From: a virus
Virus record (IMG/VR): IMGVR_UViG_3300027810_000002
Span: 32,001-96,000 of that record
Direction: 5' to 3' (one strand)
Length of the DNA stretch: 64,000 nt
Position numbers and translations under genes: made by a program. Positions 29,460 through 39,206 of this stretch are shown here, in pieces. Every line of letters starts with the position of its first letter. The first letter of the stretch is position 1. Under the pieces are notes generated by a model. That model made no database searches and was not told the DNA's origin. It saw only the letters and a list, made by a program, of their open reading frames with translations.

Positions 29460-32240
29460 TTAGATTATTTTTAATATATTTTTATTTACTGTATTTTTGT
29501 TCCCGTTAGAATCCAATAGATCTAATGATATTGTATAATATCCCTTATCGCTAAATAGGTGAGTTAATATTGGATTACTATAATATATATCTTCGATATT
29601 TAATGTATTGTTAGTTAATTTCCATTGTTGACTAATTACCCCAGGCATATTAGTTAAATCGTAAGAAAATGTCAAATGATTTAAAAGATTTAATTCTGCC
29701 ATACTATTTATAATATAGGTATCGTCAAAACTAGGGTTATAACTTATAAAGTTTATTTGTCCTTTAATTCCTACAATATCTAATGGATCTAATGGTTCTT
29801 CATTTTCTTCTATGTTACTCATCCAAACAGATTTAAAATCGTATGTTCTTGTAGGTTCTTTACCAACTGCTAGTATGTATAATAATTGATCTTCAGTATT
29901 CGGGAAAGGTGTTGAATCTCCATCGACATCGAAGGGTAAGTTATCTTTTAATATTGGATTATAATTGAATTTAGAAAGTATTGGATGTTCGTTAGAATCT
30001 AAACTACTAAGTTCATCTACAATTAACTGCCATTGAGATGTCGCGTATGATGTCGGTGGAATTATATTTACTATTTCATAACTATCCCTTAATATTGCAC
30101 CAGTTACTGAATCTTCTTGTGTAATATTAATCCATTGATTACCAGGTAATGCCCATATTTGAAATGATGAATTAATATCTGATCCTACTCTTGTCATATC
30201 CCAAGTTACATTAGGACCGTCTGCCCATACATGTTTCTTAAGAGAAGCCCATTGGTATGGACCTGCCGTTTCATTAAATCCACTTGAACTACTAGAATCT
30301 AAAAATCTTCTAACAGTCGACGCTGGTATACCATATTCATCTTCATCGTAAATATAATTAGCTCGATCCATCGATAAATAATAAGTTCCTATTACATCCT
30401 GTACGGGTAGCATATTCTCTCTTGACCAACCCCAACTAGAACCAGCTGAATCCCATGAATGTTTATATCCTTTCCAATCTAATTTCTTTGTTGCTAACTG
30501 AGTTAATCCATAAACTTCAACGTTCTTGTTTTTAACTTCAACCGCGTCTTTTAATATTTTAGTACTCTTTACGTTATATAAATCATATAGGTTAGCTTCA
30601 ACCGTATACGATCCAACATACGGTAATGTCATCGGTAAATTAATATATTCTTCAATAGGTCCTCTGAAAGATCTTAGATAATTCTTTGGTCCTCTTAGTA
30701 CCCATTCAATTTCATAAACTCCGCGATGCCACCAGTTGTTCCAAGTTAATAAATGGTCTCCTGTGTCAGTAGCATCCATGAATGAAAATTCAGCAGCATC
30801 CCATTGATCTGATATTCCGTCAATTTGTAGGGTTATTGGAGCTCCGATTGGAATTCCATCAACCGTGTTGAATGTATCTAAATTACTGTTATAATATTCT
30901 GTATAAAAATCTGTAATAGATTCTGATATATTTAATTTATCTGCAGAAGGAATTGTATTAAAATCTTGACCAAATCCTGTAAGTCTATAATCGACTTTAC
31001 GTAAATCTTCAATAAATATGTTTCTTCCTTCTGGCTTTACAACTGGGTTAAATTCTATTCCAGCTGTTTGTGTTTTTATAGATTGCTGATTATTCCATAC
31101 GTTTTGATTAAATTGAGAAAAGTAATCACCTTCACCTGTTATATCTACTATCTTAGCTTGTAGTGGTAAGTAATCTTTTTGTAATTTCTTTTTTAATCCG
31201 TATAGTTTAATTAAAACCTCATCTGGAGAATAGTCAATAGTCTCTTTAACTGTTGGAATATCCCATTCATCCTGAAGACCTGTTGGTGTATTTAATCGAT
31301 ACACTAAACTAAACCTTGAAGTTTTCTTTTGATTTGAGTTTGGTAACTCTCCTCCTTTATTTTTGTCAGCTAAAAAACCAACGACATCTTGATTTGGAAC
31401 AGCAACTGCTTTTAGTTTTCCAAAGTTTTCAGATTGTTCGTTAACATTTAACCAATATTCTTTTAGTGTGATTTTATCGTATCCAAAGAAATCAATTGCA
31501 TTTAATAGAGCTTTATAAGTTCCAATAAATGGTTTGATTTGAGAAGCTTGTAAAAGCAACTCTTTACGTTTTTGGTTTAATATAATAAAATCAGGAGATT
31601 GTTCTTGTATGTTAGAGTCTTTAAATATAAAATAATCTAAGTCATCTAAGTTCATTCCCATGTTAGAAAGTAAAGTTCTTAATCTTTCATCCTCTCCTTC
31701 AACTTCACCGTATACTTTAATTTGTGCGATCTCTCTAGTTTCAACTCCATTAATCAATTCCGTTACGCTTAAAGTCCTAATATGAAAACCTTCAGTGTCA
31801 GAATTTAATGCAACCTGTGCAGTGATTGGAGTAGCTTTTAAATTATCTGTAACTACTTTAACACCGTTAGATGTTGATACTGAAGTAGTTGCTGGAAGTA
31901 GTTGACCTACCTGTGAATTATCTATCTGTATATATAATTCTCTAGCATCTTGTTTAGCGCTATATAAAAATACATCCTCACTTGTGTTATAATCATCTTT
32001 AAATTTAAATTTAAAAGAGACTGCACCAACGGACTCTGCAATTGGATTCACGTGTAATTTTTCACCAAGAGATCCTACAACCTCTTCTAAAACATGTAGA
32101 GTTAGTGTTTCATATAGTCCAGTTGAAACTAATGGCAAATATGAAACCCCTTTCCATATATTTAATTCATTGTCATAAATTAAATTTAGGTCATTAGATT
32201 CACTATCGAAAAATCTTAAATTTTGATAAATCTGCGCCAT
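29460..32240 (-). CDS. Baseplate wedge protein (gp7-like) with PKD-like domains
   Basis: IGTYKALLNAIDFFG motif; GSYTVEANLYD and GYYTISLDLLDSNGN; follows the gp6-like gene. Confidence 0.55.
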   Translation of the reverse strand: MAQIYQNLRFFDSESNDLNLIYDNELNIWKGVSYLPLVSTGLYETLTLHVLEEVVGSLGEKLHVNPIAESVGAVSFKFKFKDDYNTSEDVFLYSAKQDARELYIQIDNSQVGQLLPATTSVSTSNGVKVVTDNLKATPITAQVALNSDTEGFHIRTLSVTELINGVETREIAQIKVYGEVEGEDERLRTLLSNMGMNLDDLDYFIFKDSNIQEQSPDFIILNQKRKELLLQASQIKPFIGTYKALLNAIDFFGYDKITLKEYWLNVNEQSENFGKLKAVAVPNQDVVGFLADKNKGGELPNSNQKKTSRFSLVYRLNTPTGLQDEWDIPTVKETIDYSPDEVLIKLYGLKKKLQKDYLPLQAKIVDITGEGDYFSQFNQNVWNNQQSIKTQTAGIEFNPVVKPEGRNIFIEDLRKVDYRLTGFGQDFNTIPSADKLNISESITDFYTEYYNSNLDTFNTVDGIPIGAPITLQIDGISDQWDAAEFSFMDATDTGDHLLTWNNWWHRGVYEIEWVLRGPKNYLRSFRGPIEEYINLPMTLPYVGSYTVEANLYDLYNVKSTKILKDAVEVKNKNVEVYGLTQLATKKLDWKGYKHSWDSAGSSWGWSRENMLPVQDVIGTYYLSMDRANYIYDEDEYGIPASTVRRFLDSSSSSGFNETAGPYQWASLKKHVWADGPNVTWDMTRVGSDINSSFQIWALPGNQWINITQEDSVTGAILRDSYEIVNIIPPTSYATSQWQLIVDELSSLDSNEHPILSKFNYNPILKDNLPFDVDGDSTPFPNTEDQLLYILAVGKEPTRTYDFKSVWMSNIEENEEPLDPLDIVGIKGQINFISYNPSFDDTYIINSMAELNLLNHLTFSYDLTNMPGVISQQWKLTNNTLNIEDIYYSNPILTHLFSDKGYYTISLDLLDSNGNKNTVNKNILKII

Positions 32241-32512
32241 TATCTAAAGTTTTTATAATCTTTTTTAGTTGTAAACGATTTAAATCCTTTTAAGTATGTT
32301 ACCGAACCAACAAGGTCAGCTAATACTTTCTGGATTAAAACTACAAAATCATTCATTCTATTATTTCTAACAATATAAGGAGATATAGATTTCCTTAGCA
32401 TGTTATCTTCATATGCGTTACCCTTGTTCTTACGATTATCCATAACACTCTCTCGAATGGTGTAGTTCCTCTTCTGCCTGCTCTTAAATAGATTCTGTAT
32501 TAATGATGCCAT
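32240..32512 (-). CDS. Hypothetical basic protein
   Basis: 90 aa, TAATG overlaps on both sides. Confidence 0.6.
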   Translation of the reverse strand: MASLIQNLFKSRQKRNYTIRESVMDNRKNKGNAYEDNMLRKSISPYIVRNNRMNDFVVLIQKVLADLVGSVTYLKGFKSFTTKKDYKNFR

Positions 32513-34332
32513 TATAGTGCTCTTCTATTTTTAGCTTGTATTTTAGAGAATATTGTATGGGGTACCGCAGGTTCATCGAAATAAATAGATAACGCAGCTT
32601 GTTCTCCAAGTTTAGCATCATCAGGTATTACAACACCATCGCGATCTAACCAACCTCCTCTGAATAAGGCAACTTCTTCTTTTGCTAATAATATATCACC
32701 GAAAGAATCTAAATTAATTACATCCTCTGGCAATGCAGCGTTAGGTTCAAAACTTATTTTTCTTTCAGTAACTGTTCTTTTAAAGAAAACATATTTTTGT
32801 TTTCCATTACCAATATCTTCTAGTATTGGGGTAGAAGGAGTAACTGTAACTTTGTTTAGGATGTAATATCCTAATCTCCTTGCATCTTCCTCTACTTTAG
32901 ATATAAATCTTACATTTACTGAATCAATCCCCTCAACACTCTCTAAAAGGGCGATGATGTCTGATTTTGGTAAACGATCTCTTCTTGTTATATTGATTAA
33001 ATAATCCGATATTCTAGAACGTATTTCAGAATAAAGTGCAGGCTTGTTATATCCTTCAAAATATCTAACTTTAACATCCATGCTAAAATATTGAACATCA
33101 GGTTCTACGATCTTAACTTCGGTCGTAACCATTTGTTGTCCGCTGTTTTCAAGTAACTCTAGGAATCCATTCTTTTCGTCGCTTGAGAAAAAGAACTCGT
33201 CTAATGCTAAACTGAAATAATCTTTATTTTTGCTTAATTTTTTAGCAGTATCAGGTAACATAAATAAGTATATTACATTGTCATCATCAATATAACCATC
33301 ATCTGTCGTGTTATATGCATCTAAGTAAGAAAACATTCCATATCTTGAAAGGAAATGTTCAAATGATTCTGGATTTGCCAACACGAACGAATGCGATTGC
33401 AGTGGCGCGATTAATTTAGTTAATTCTACCGATTCAGGATCTGCTCCCATTTTAGGTGCAGCTGTAAAAGAAGACTCTAACAATTCGTTTAAATCATATG
33501 TTTCTCCTAATGAATCAAATCCTTCAGTTACGAATTTAAAAGTAAGATCTTTAGATCCTGATAAATTACCCTTTGTTCCGTCTGTGTTTAAATATTCTAC
33601 TTCAATAGAAGATCCTGCTACTGGTATTTTACCAAAAGAACCATTTCCAAAATAAATATCTAATCCTCCATTAATTCCGGTTTTAACAAGATATCCTTGA
33701 GTCCCAACCTTCATATCATATAAAGAATCATATTTAGACCATAGTGTGCTATTAACACTTACCCTAACCGAATGATGATCTGTTATTTTCTTAGTAACTA
33801 TATTATAAGACTGTAGTTTTTCACCTGTTCCTGTTACGGTCTGCGTTTCAGTCTTTCCTTGTACTACTGGGATACGAATATATGCAGCATTACTTTTTTC
33901 AATTCTAAATTGATCGTTGTTTGTTTTTAAAATATACTCTAAACCATTTGCTGTACATTTTATGATAGCATTTTGCGGTATATTAAGAGCGTCTCCTGCA
34001 ATATCAGTAGATGCTGAAGTGTTTAACCTAATTTTAATTTCGCCGTATGAGCTTGCTCCTCTGAATGCATCGTGACCGGCTAGTCTTGCGAGTCCGTATA
34101 TCGATTCAGGGTTTTGAGCAGTTAATATATTCTGTTCAACTGTTGCGTCTTCAACATAGAAGAAAATTAGTTTAGTAATTTCAGATAATACATCCAAGAT
34201 CTGTGAGAATGGAGAAGCAGTCGTGAATAGTTCACTAGTCCTTCCATATAAACGAGACATATATGACCTCGTATCCGTGATCATATCGTTTGCTCTTAAT
34301 CTAGTTGCATTTAAAAATTTAAATTCAGCCAT
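32512..34332 (-). CDS. Baseplate wedge protein (T4 gp6-like)
   Basis: ILTAQ..SIYGLARLAGH, IYFGNGSFGKIP, VEYLNTDGTKGN, GADPESVE. Confidence 0.85.
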   Translation of the reverse strand: MAEFKFLNATRLRANDMITDTRSYMSRLYGRTSELFTTASPFSQILDVLSEITKLIFFYVEDATVEQNILTAQNPESIYGLARLAGHDAFRGASSYGEIKIRLNTSASTDIAGDALNIPQNAIIKCTANGLEYILKTNNDQFRIEKSNAAYIRIPVVQGKTETQTVTGTGEKLQSYNIVTKKITDHHSVRVSVNSTLWSKYDSLYDMKVGTQGYLVKTGINGGLDIYFGNGSFGKIPVAGSSIEVEYLNTDGTKGNLSGSKDLTFKFVTEGFDSLGETYDLNELLESSFTAAPKMGADPESVELTKLIAPLQSHSFVLANPESFEHFLSRYGMFSYLDAYNTTDDGYIDDDNVIYLFMLPDTAKKLSKNKDYFSLALDEFFFSSDEKNGFLELLENSGQQMVTTEVKIVEPDVQYFSMDVKVRYFEGYNKPALYSEIRSRISDYLINITRRDRLPKSDIIALLESVEGIDSVNVRFISKVEEDARRLGYYILNKVTVTPSTPILEDIGNGKQKYVFFKRTVTERKISFEPNAALPEDVINLDSFGDILLAKEEVALFRGGWLDRDGVVIPDDAKLGEQAALSIYFDEPAVPHTIFSKIQAKNRRAL

Positions 34333-34349
34333 TGTTTATTTTTATAATT

Positions 34350-34703
34350 TTATATATAGACTCCTAATTGGAATCTAGAATCTACTGTAATGTCTAAAAA
34401 GACTACGTGGTTTGATACGCCATCGACTACTTCGATGCCAACACTAACACTATATTTAGAAGCAAGCGGAATATATTCTGCTATTTGATCATCAATAATT
34501 GTTTTTAGTTGAAAATCGTTGTATCTAAATTCATAAACATAATCTTCTAAATTTGCTCCAAAATTAGGTTGCCCCAATACTTCTCCTTTTCTTGTGAAAA
34601 GCATTGTTTGTATCTGAGTTAACAACATCGACAGTTCGCTGTCTTGTTGCATTACATCAGCCTTGTAACCAGGTTCTCCTATATTTTTTACGTAAAACTC
34701 CAT
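34350..34703 (-). CDS. Baseplate protein (gp25-like)
   Basis: LFTRKGEVLGQPNFGANLEDYVYE. Confidence 0.85.
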   Translation of the reverse strand: MEFYVKNIGEPGYKADVMQQDSELSMLLTQIQTMLFTRKGEVLGQPNFGANLEDYVYEFRYNDFQLKTIIDDQIAEYIPLASKYSVSVGIEVVDGVSNHVVFLDITVDSRFQLGVYI

Positions 34704-34719
34704 ATGATTATATATACGT

Positions 34720-35550
34720 TTAAGAATGCATCATCCAATCCGTTCCTTCGTCTCCTTTTATTTCTTCAATTATTGCTTCCAATTCTCCTTCTCCTAATCC
34801 CTGTATAAGATCTGCATTTACTTGGATATTTCCAGGTAATGTAAATCCGAATATTCCTAGTTTTTGACCTAAAGAAACTTTAATCTTAGCGGCACAATAT
34901 CTAAAGAATGCTTCATCTCCAAAGAGAGCACATTCTGGGATTGTTTCATATATTTCTAATATAATATCTCTCTTAGGAGTTTCTCCTGTAAATTTAAGTT
35001 CGTGTGTTAATTGGTTATAATTAAAACTAATTGGGTTATCTATGATTTGCCTAGCAAGATCATAAAAACTTTCGTTAATTACATATGATTGTAGGTTTTC
35101 TGCAGCAGCTGCTGTGTTTGCACCGCCATATGTTCCTTGCATCATCATTCTTTCCATACTGAAATCTCCTTTTTGAAAATCAATATCACTTGAACCTCCC
35201 CATCTTGAACCTGTTTCTGAACACCCATACACAGAGTATACTTCGTTTCCACCTGTTGATGGGTCCATTCCTGGTAATGTAAAAGATCTTGTTGCTTTAA
35301 ATTTATCAGAATCAAATAGAGCGTGAGGTAAAACCACAAAACTTTCTTTGACAGAGTATTCATAGTTTTTATAAAACCATTTCTTAGCTCTTTTAACTAT
35401 GTTTTGAACTTCCTTTTTTGGTAAATTCATTGGAATCATACACGATCCTGTTATGTCATCAGCAAGCTCCAACACAAATGTATTAAAACAATCTGCTCCT
35501 GGTTGTATATCATCTAGCCATGATTCTTGACCTACAAAAATATTACTCAT
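34720..35550 (-). CDS. Neck/head-completion protein (T4 gp13-like)
   Basis: C-terminal LGQKLGIFGFTLPGNIQVNADLIQGLGEGELEAIIEEI. Confidence 0.7.
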   Translation of the reverse strand: MSNIFVGQESWLDDIQPGADCFNTFVLELADDITGSCMIPMNLPKKEVQNIVKRAKKWFYKNYEYSVKESFVVLPHALFDSDKFKATRSFTLPGMDPSTGGNEVYSVYGCSETGSRWGGSSDIDFQKGDFSMERMMMQGTYGGANTAAAAENLQSYVINESFYDLARQIIDNPISFNYNQLTHELKFTGETPKRDIILEIYETIPECALFGDEAFFRYCAAKIKVSLGQKLGIFGFTLPGNIQVNADLIQGLGEGELEAIIEEIKGDEGTDWMMHS

Positions 35551-35566
35551 TTTTTATTATTTATTT

Positions 35567-36859
35567 TTAAACTTCGTTGTATAGGATCTTTTCAGTTCCT
35601 TTAAACTTTGCTAATTTTTTATCGTATCTTCCTTCTCTAAATATACCGTCTTCCATGGAACCTTTTAAGATACCATCACCATATATATAACCATCTTTTA
35701 TTTTAACACTTTGGTGAATATAGCAGCTTTTTAACTTTGAAGAAATAATTTCACAGTTATCATAAAAATTACAATCATAAATATCAGATCCTGTTACAGT
35801 ACATTTAAACAAATCACAATAAAATAGTTCGCCACGAATATCGCATTCAATAAAATCATATCTTTCAAGTTCAACACAATATTGTAATTCACCTTTATTT
35901 ACCTGTATTTTACCGGTATCTGAGTCATAATTAATATGTCCTTTGATTAGTGATCCATGTGTAAAAAGTCTTATTACTCTTTCTTTAATATTTTGCCAAT
36001 GTAAATCTAAAATTTGTGGATCTTTTCTTAAATCAACAGTAAACTCTACGTTTTTCCAGTTTTTTTCAATATGTCTCCAATTTGATCTGGCATCGAGTAT
36101 TCTTTTATTCTCAGCCAATATCCTCTTTAACTCTATTGCATTAAGTTGTGTGAAATGATTATCTTCAGTCGAATTCCAAAGTTGTAATAGGAATTGATCT
36201 AACATGTATAAGATCGATGTTGTTTTCTTTTCCCAATCCTTTCCTCCAACATATCTAAATTCTAAATAGTTCTTATGTCTTTTGTCGAAATTGATTCCAT
36301 AGTATTTAGAATCAGGGTAGATAAAGTTTTGTGAGTGTATGTGTTCTCCGTTAAAGAAACTCATACCAGTCTTAGGTAATACGAATTTTATAGATTTAGC
36401 ATAAGCTGAATCCTTTCTGGTTGGAAAGAACTTAAATACTTGATCTTCTTTAAAATCAAGTATAAATTTAAGAACATTCATTTTAGAAACCCTATTCTTA
36501 TCCTTAATTTTATTTTTATCAAAAGATATGTTTAAGTGAATTGATGATCTATCCGTAGTATATCCGTTTTCTTCAATCCATTTACATACATTAATGATCA
36601 TTAATCTAGCACTGTAATATGGTATTGCACCTGTTACGAGCTCCATTAGCTTTGCACCACCGCTCATATCTGGTTCTAGTTTAAAATGATCAGCGGTCGG
36701 CTCAAATTCACTATGTGCTTTGTCTTCTATTTGAATCTTCTTATTTAAAAGAATTCCAATCTTTTTCGCTGTTTCTTCGATAGGGAGATTTGAATAAAAT
36801 TCAAACTCGACCCCTACCAATGCGTTTTTTAGTATTTCTGAATCATTAAATGTGTTCAT
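35567..36859 (-). CDS. Putative amidoligase (COOH-NH2 ligase) with C-terminal beta-helix repeats
   Basis: GVEFEF, D.S, ELVT, SSIHLN, KYYGIN, YLEFR; Cys-rich pentapeptide-like C-terminus. Confidence 0.75.
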   Translation of the reverse strand: MNTFNDSEILKNALVGVEFEFYSNLPIEETAKKIGILLNKKIQIEDKAHSEFEPTADHFKLEPDMSGGAKLMELVTGAIPYYSARLMIINVCKWIEENGYTTDRSSIHLNISFDKNKIKDKNRVSKMNVLKFILDFKEDQVFKFFPTRKDSAYAKSIKFVLPKTGMSFFNGEHIHSQNFIYPDSKYYGINFDKRHKNYLEFRYVGGKDWEKKTTSILYMLDQFLLQLWNSTEDNHFTQLNAIELKRILAENKRILDARSNWRHIEKNWKNVEFTVDLRKDPQILDLHWQNIKERVIRLFTHGSLIKGHINYDSDTGKIQVNKGELQYCVELERYDFIECDIRGELFYCDLFKCTVTGSDIYDCNFYDNCEIISSKLKSCYIHQSVKIKDGYIYGDGILKGSMEDGIFREGRYDKKLAKFKGTEKILYNEV

Positions 36860-36923
36860 CCTCGAATATATGTTAAACTTAAGTTAGTTTATATATTCAA
36901 GATATATTATGATAATATTGAAA

Positions 36924-37148
36924 CTATCTTTCTAAAATTACAAAATCACCAAAAGCATCATCAAAAACCCTGATTAAATTCTCGTAATCTCCACTTTGCA
37001 TTTGCTTAAGTAGATGTTCATATGGTTTATCTAAGTCTTGTGAAAACTTTTTAGCATACGCAAGTAATGCAAATGCATTGCCATCTGGCCCCGTTAAATC
37101 TATAACAATTGGTAATTCTTGATGCTTATGTAGTTTCTTTCTAATCAT
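36924..37148 (-). CDS. Conserved phage hypothetical protein (start revised to 37148)
   Basis: IDLTGPDGNAFALL...MQSGDYENL motif; MIRKK start overlaps the upstream stop. Confidence 0.65.
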   Translation of the reverse strand: MIRKKLHKHQELPIVIDLTGPDGNAFALLAYAKKFSQDLDKPYEHLLKQMQSGDYENLIRVFDDAFGDFVILER

Positions 37149-37488
37149 TTTCAAGCATGTTAGAGGTTTCAATAAAATCAGAAATCTCCTTTTTTGTTAT
37201 ATTATTTATCAATGGGAATAATTCATTAATATCGTCTCTGCCTACCCATCCAATAACATCATCATCGATTCCCGGCTTTACTAGTTTAGTAAAAAAAGGT
37301 ATATTATCTTCATGTAATATTGCAATCTCAAAAGAAGAATGTTCTTTTTCAGAATTTAAATCTTCTCTTGGCATACAGTACGCTGTTTTACCAGCAGCAA
37401 CACTCAATATTAATCCGTTATCGAAGTGATGGGTTGCGTTTATTCCTCCCCATCCTAATTTTTTAAATTTTAATTCTTTAAATTTCAT
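37141..37488 (-). CDS. Phage hypothetical protein
   Basis: FDNG..LSV...FEIAIL...DDVIGW pattern. Confidence 0.65.
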   Translation of the reverse strand: MKFKELKFKKLGWGGINATHHFDNGLILSVAAGKTAYCMPREDLNSEKEHSSFEIAILHEDNIPFFTKLVKPGIDDDVIGWVGRDDINELFPLINNITKKEISDFIETSNMLEND

Positions 37489-37499
37489 GTTTTAATTTT

Positions 37500-37721
37500 T
37501 TAAAGTTCAAAGTTTTCTTGAAGTTCTTTGATTAACTTTTTAATCTCTTTTTTATTAAGAGTAATGTGTGTAAAGAAATCTCCTTGATCTCTCATTGTAA
37601 ATTGTACTTTCATACCTTCTTTACCACCACTGAATCTTGTTAGTGACATTTCAGTGTTTTCCATTTCATTTGTCTTTTGACTGTGAAATTGACCTTTAAG
37701 TGATTTAAGTTCTGTTGACAT
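37500..37721 (-). CDS. Hypothetical protein
   Basis: 73 aa, first gene after an early-type promoter. Confidence 0.6.
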   Translation of the reverse strand: MSTELKSLKGQFHSQKTNEMENTEMSLTRFSGGKEGMKVQFTMRDQGDFFTHITLNKKEIKKLIKELQENFEL

Positions 37722-37744
37722 ATCTGTTAGTTTTTAATTATAGT

Positions 37745-37818
37745 TAAATATAACACTTTTTATTGAAACAAAAAAACTTTTGTGCATTTATTTTGTAATT
37801 TATAATGATTATAAATAA
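37745..37818 (-). promoter_or_regulatory. Early-type promoter plus 7-1-7 palindrome (Fur/PerR-like box)
   Basis: 22 bp identical to 54990-55011; TTATAATGATTATAA at 37800-37814. Confidence 0.6.
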
Positions 37819-37819
37819 G

Positions 37820-37850
37820 AAAGGCCCAAACATAAAATGAATGGGCCTTT
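37820..37850 (-). terminator. Rho-independent terminator after the S1 gene
   Basis: AAAGGCCCA-loop-TGGGCCTTT inverted repeat. Confidence 0.75.
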
Positions 37851-37872
37851 AGTTTATAAAAATAAAGTAGTC

Positions 37873-39141
37873 TTAGATTTTCAAGAAAATCTTTCTAGAG
37901 TCTGCGTCGATTCTAGTAACCTGTACTGTAATATTATCTCCAGGTTTGATAGTTTCTAAATCTATAACATCTTCGATTTCTGAAATATGTAATAGCCCAG
38001 CAACTCCTTTTTCAATGTCTACAAAGATACCATAGTCTTTTACTGCTCGAACTGTTCCAACAATTTCACTTGGTGTTTTGATTCTATCAGTAATACCATC
38101 CCATAAGTCAACGACTGGTTTTGCATCTAATTGTGTTAGGATAATCTTTTCGTTTGATACAACTTCTTTAATCTTAAATGCAATATCATCTCCGGGTTTA
38201 ATTTCCCTAGCTCTATGTGCTTTTAATAATTCAGGAGTTAGATCATTAACGTGAATCATTCCAGTTAAACATTCATCAAACTCTACAAATACTCCGTATT
38301 TCGCAGAACCTGTAACTTTACCAGTAAGATCTTGTGTTAGATTTTCCTTTAGTGCTTCAATTTTAGAAGGAATCATTGCTTTTAAGTATTCTCTGTGAGA
38401 TACTACAATAGTTCCTCTTTTTTCTGAGAAGCTTACAGGAACAACATACATATCGCTTCCTACAATAGATTCAAAGTCTGCTAATTTGTTAATTCCAGCT
38501 AAAGAACCTGGCATAAAACATTCAACCCCCTGTACTGTTACAATATAACCTCCACCTGGTATCATTTGAGAAACTGTACCCATATATCCGGTTGCACCGT
38601 CTTTAATGGATTCCATTATTTCTTTAACAACTGCTGATTTAATACCTGCACTGATAGATCCTAATACAAATCCTCGGCCTTCTCCCATTTGAAGAACTTG
38701 AATCTTAACCTCGGCGTCTGGGACAAATAATCCTCTAACGCTAACTTCTTCTTTTAAGACGTTAACATATACATTTTCACGATACCCGATGTCGACTGCA
38801 ACCCACTCTTTGTTTATACTAAAAATAGTACCTGAGTAGATTTCACCAACCCCAATCTTCATCTGAGCTGGTCTAGCCTCTTCATGACCGTTAAAAAGAT
38901 CTAAAAGATCCTGAGCATACGGCTCATGAGAATATACACTGTATTTACCTGTGTTTTTAAGTCCTTTGTTTATCTTTCTAGATCTTGAAGGACATGACGC
39001 TTGGTGAGCATCCCAATCGAATTCTTCGATTGGAACATTAGCATTTTCTAAGTATGCTAATTTGTCATTTTTTTTTGTTGTTTGAGCGACTGGTTCTTCT
39101 TTAGTTAGTCGTACTCTTTTTGTTTTAACGTCTGTGGACAT
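37873..39141 (-). CDS. rpsA: Ribosomal protein S1-like protein (four S1/OB domains)
   Basis: VAVDIGY, VECFMPGS, YGVFVEF..GMIHVNDL, YGIFVDI..GLLHISEI; N-terminal PIEEFDWDA. Confidence 0.85.
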   Translation of the reverse strand: MSTDVKTKRVRLTKEEPVAQTTKKNDKLAYLENANVPIEEFDWDAHQASCPSRSRKINKGLKNTGKYSVYSHEPYAQDLLDLFNGHEEARPAQMKIGVGEIYSGTIFSINKEWVAVDIGYRENVYVNVLKEEVSVRGLFVPDAEVKIQVLQMGEGRGFVLGSISAGIKSAVVKEIMESIKDGATGYMGTVSQMIPGGGYIVTVQGVECFMPGSLAGINKLADFESIVGSDMYVVPVSFSEKRGTIVVSHREYLKAMIPSKIEALKENLTQDLTGKVTGSAKYGVFVEFDECLTGMIHVNDLTPELLKAHRAREIKPGDDIAFKIKEVVSNEKIILTQLDAKPVVDLWDGITDRIKTPSEIVGTVRAVKDYGIFVDIEKGVAGLLHISEIEDVIDLETIKPGDNITVQVTRIDADSRKIFLKI

Positions 39142-39206
39142 TCTTTTTTTAATTTAAATTGTTAATAATAGTGAATAAATAATTTTATAGGTTATATATA
39201 CTTTTT

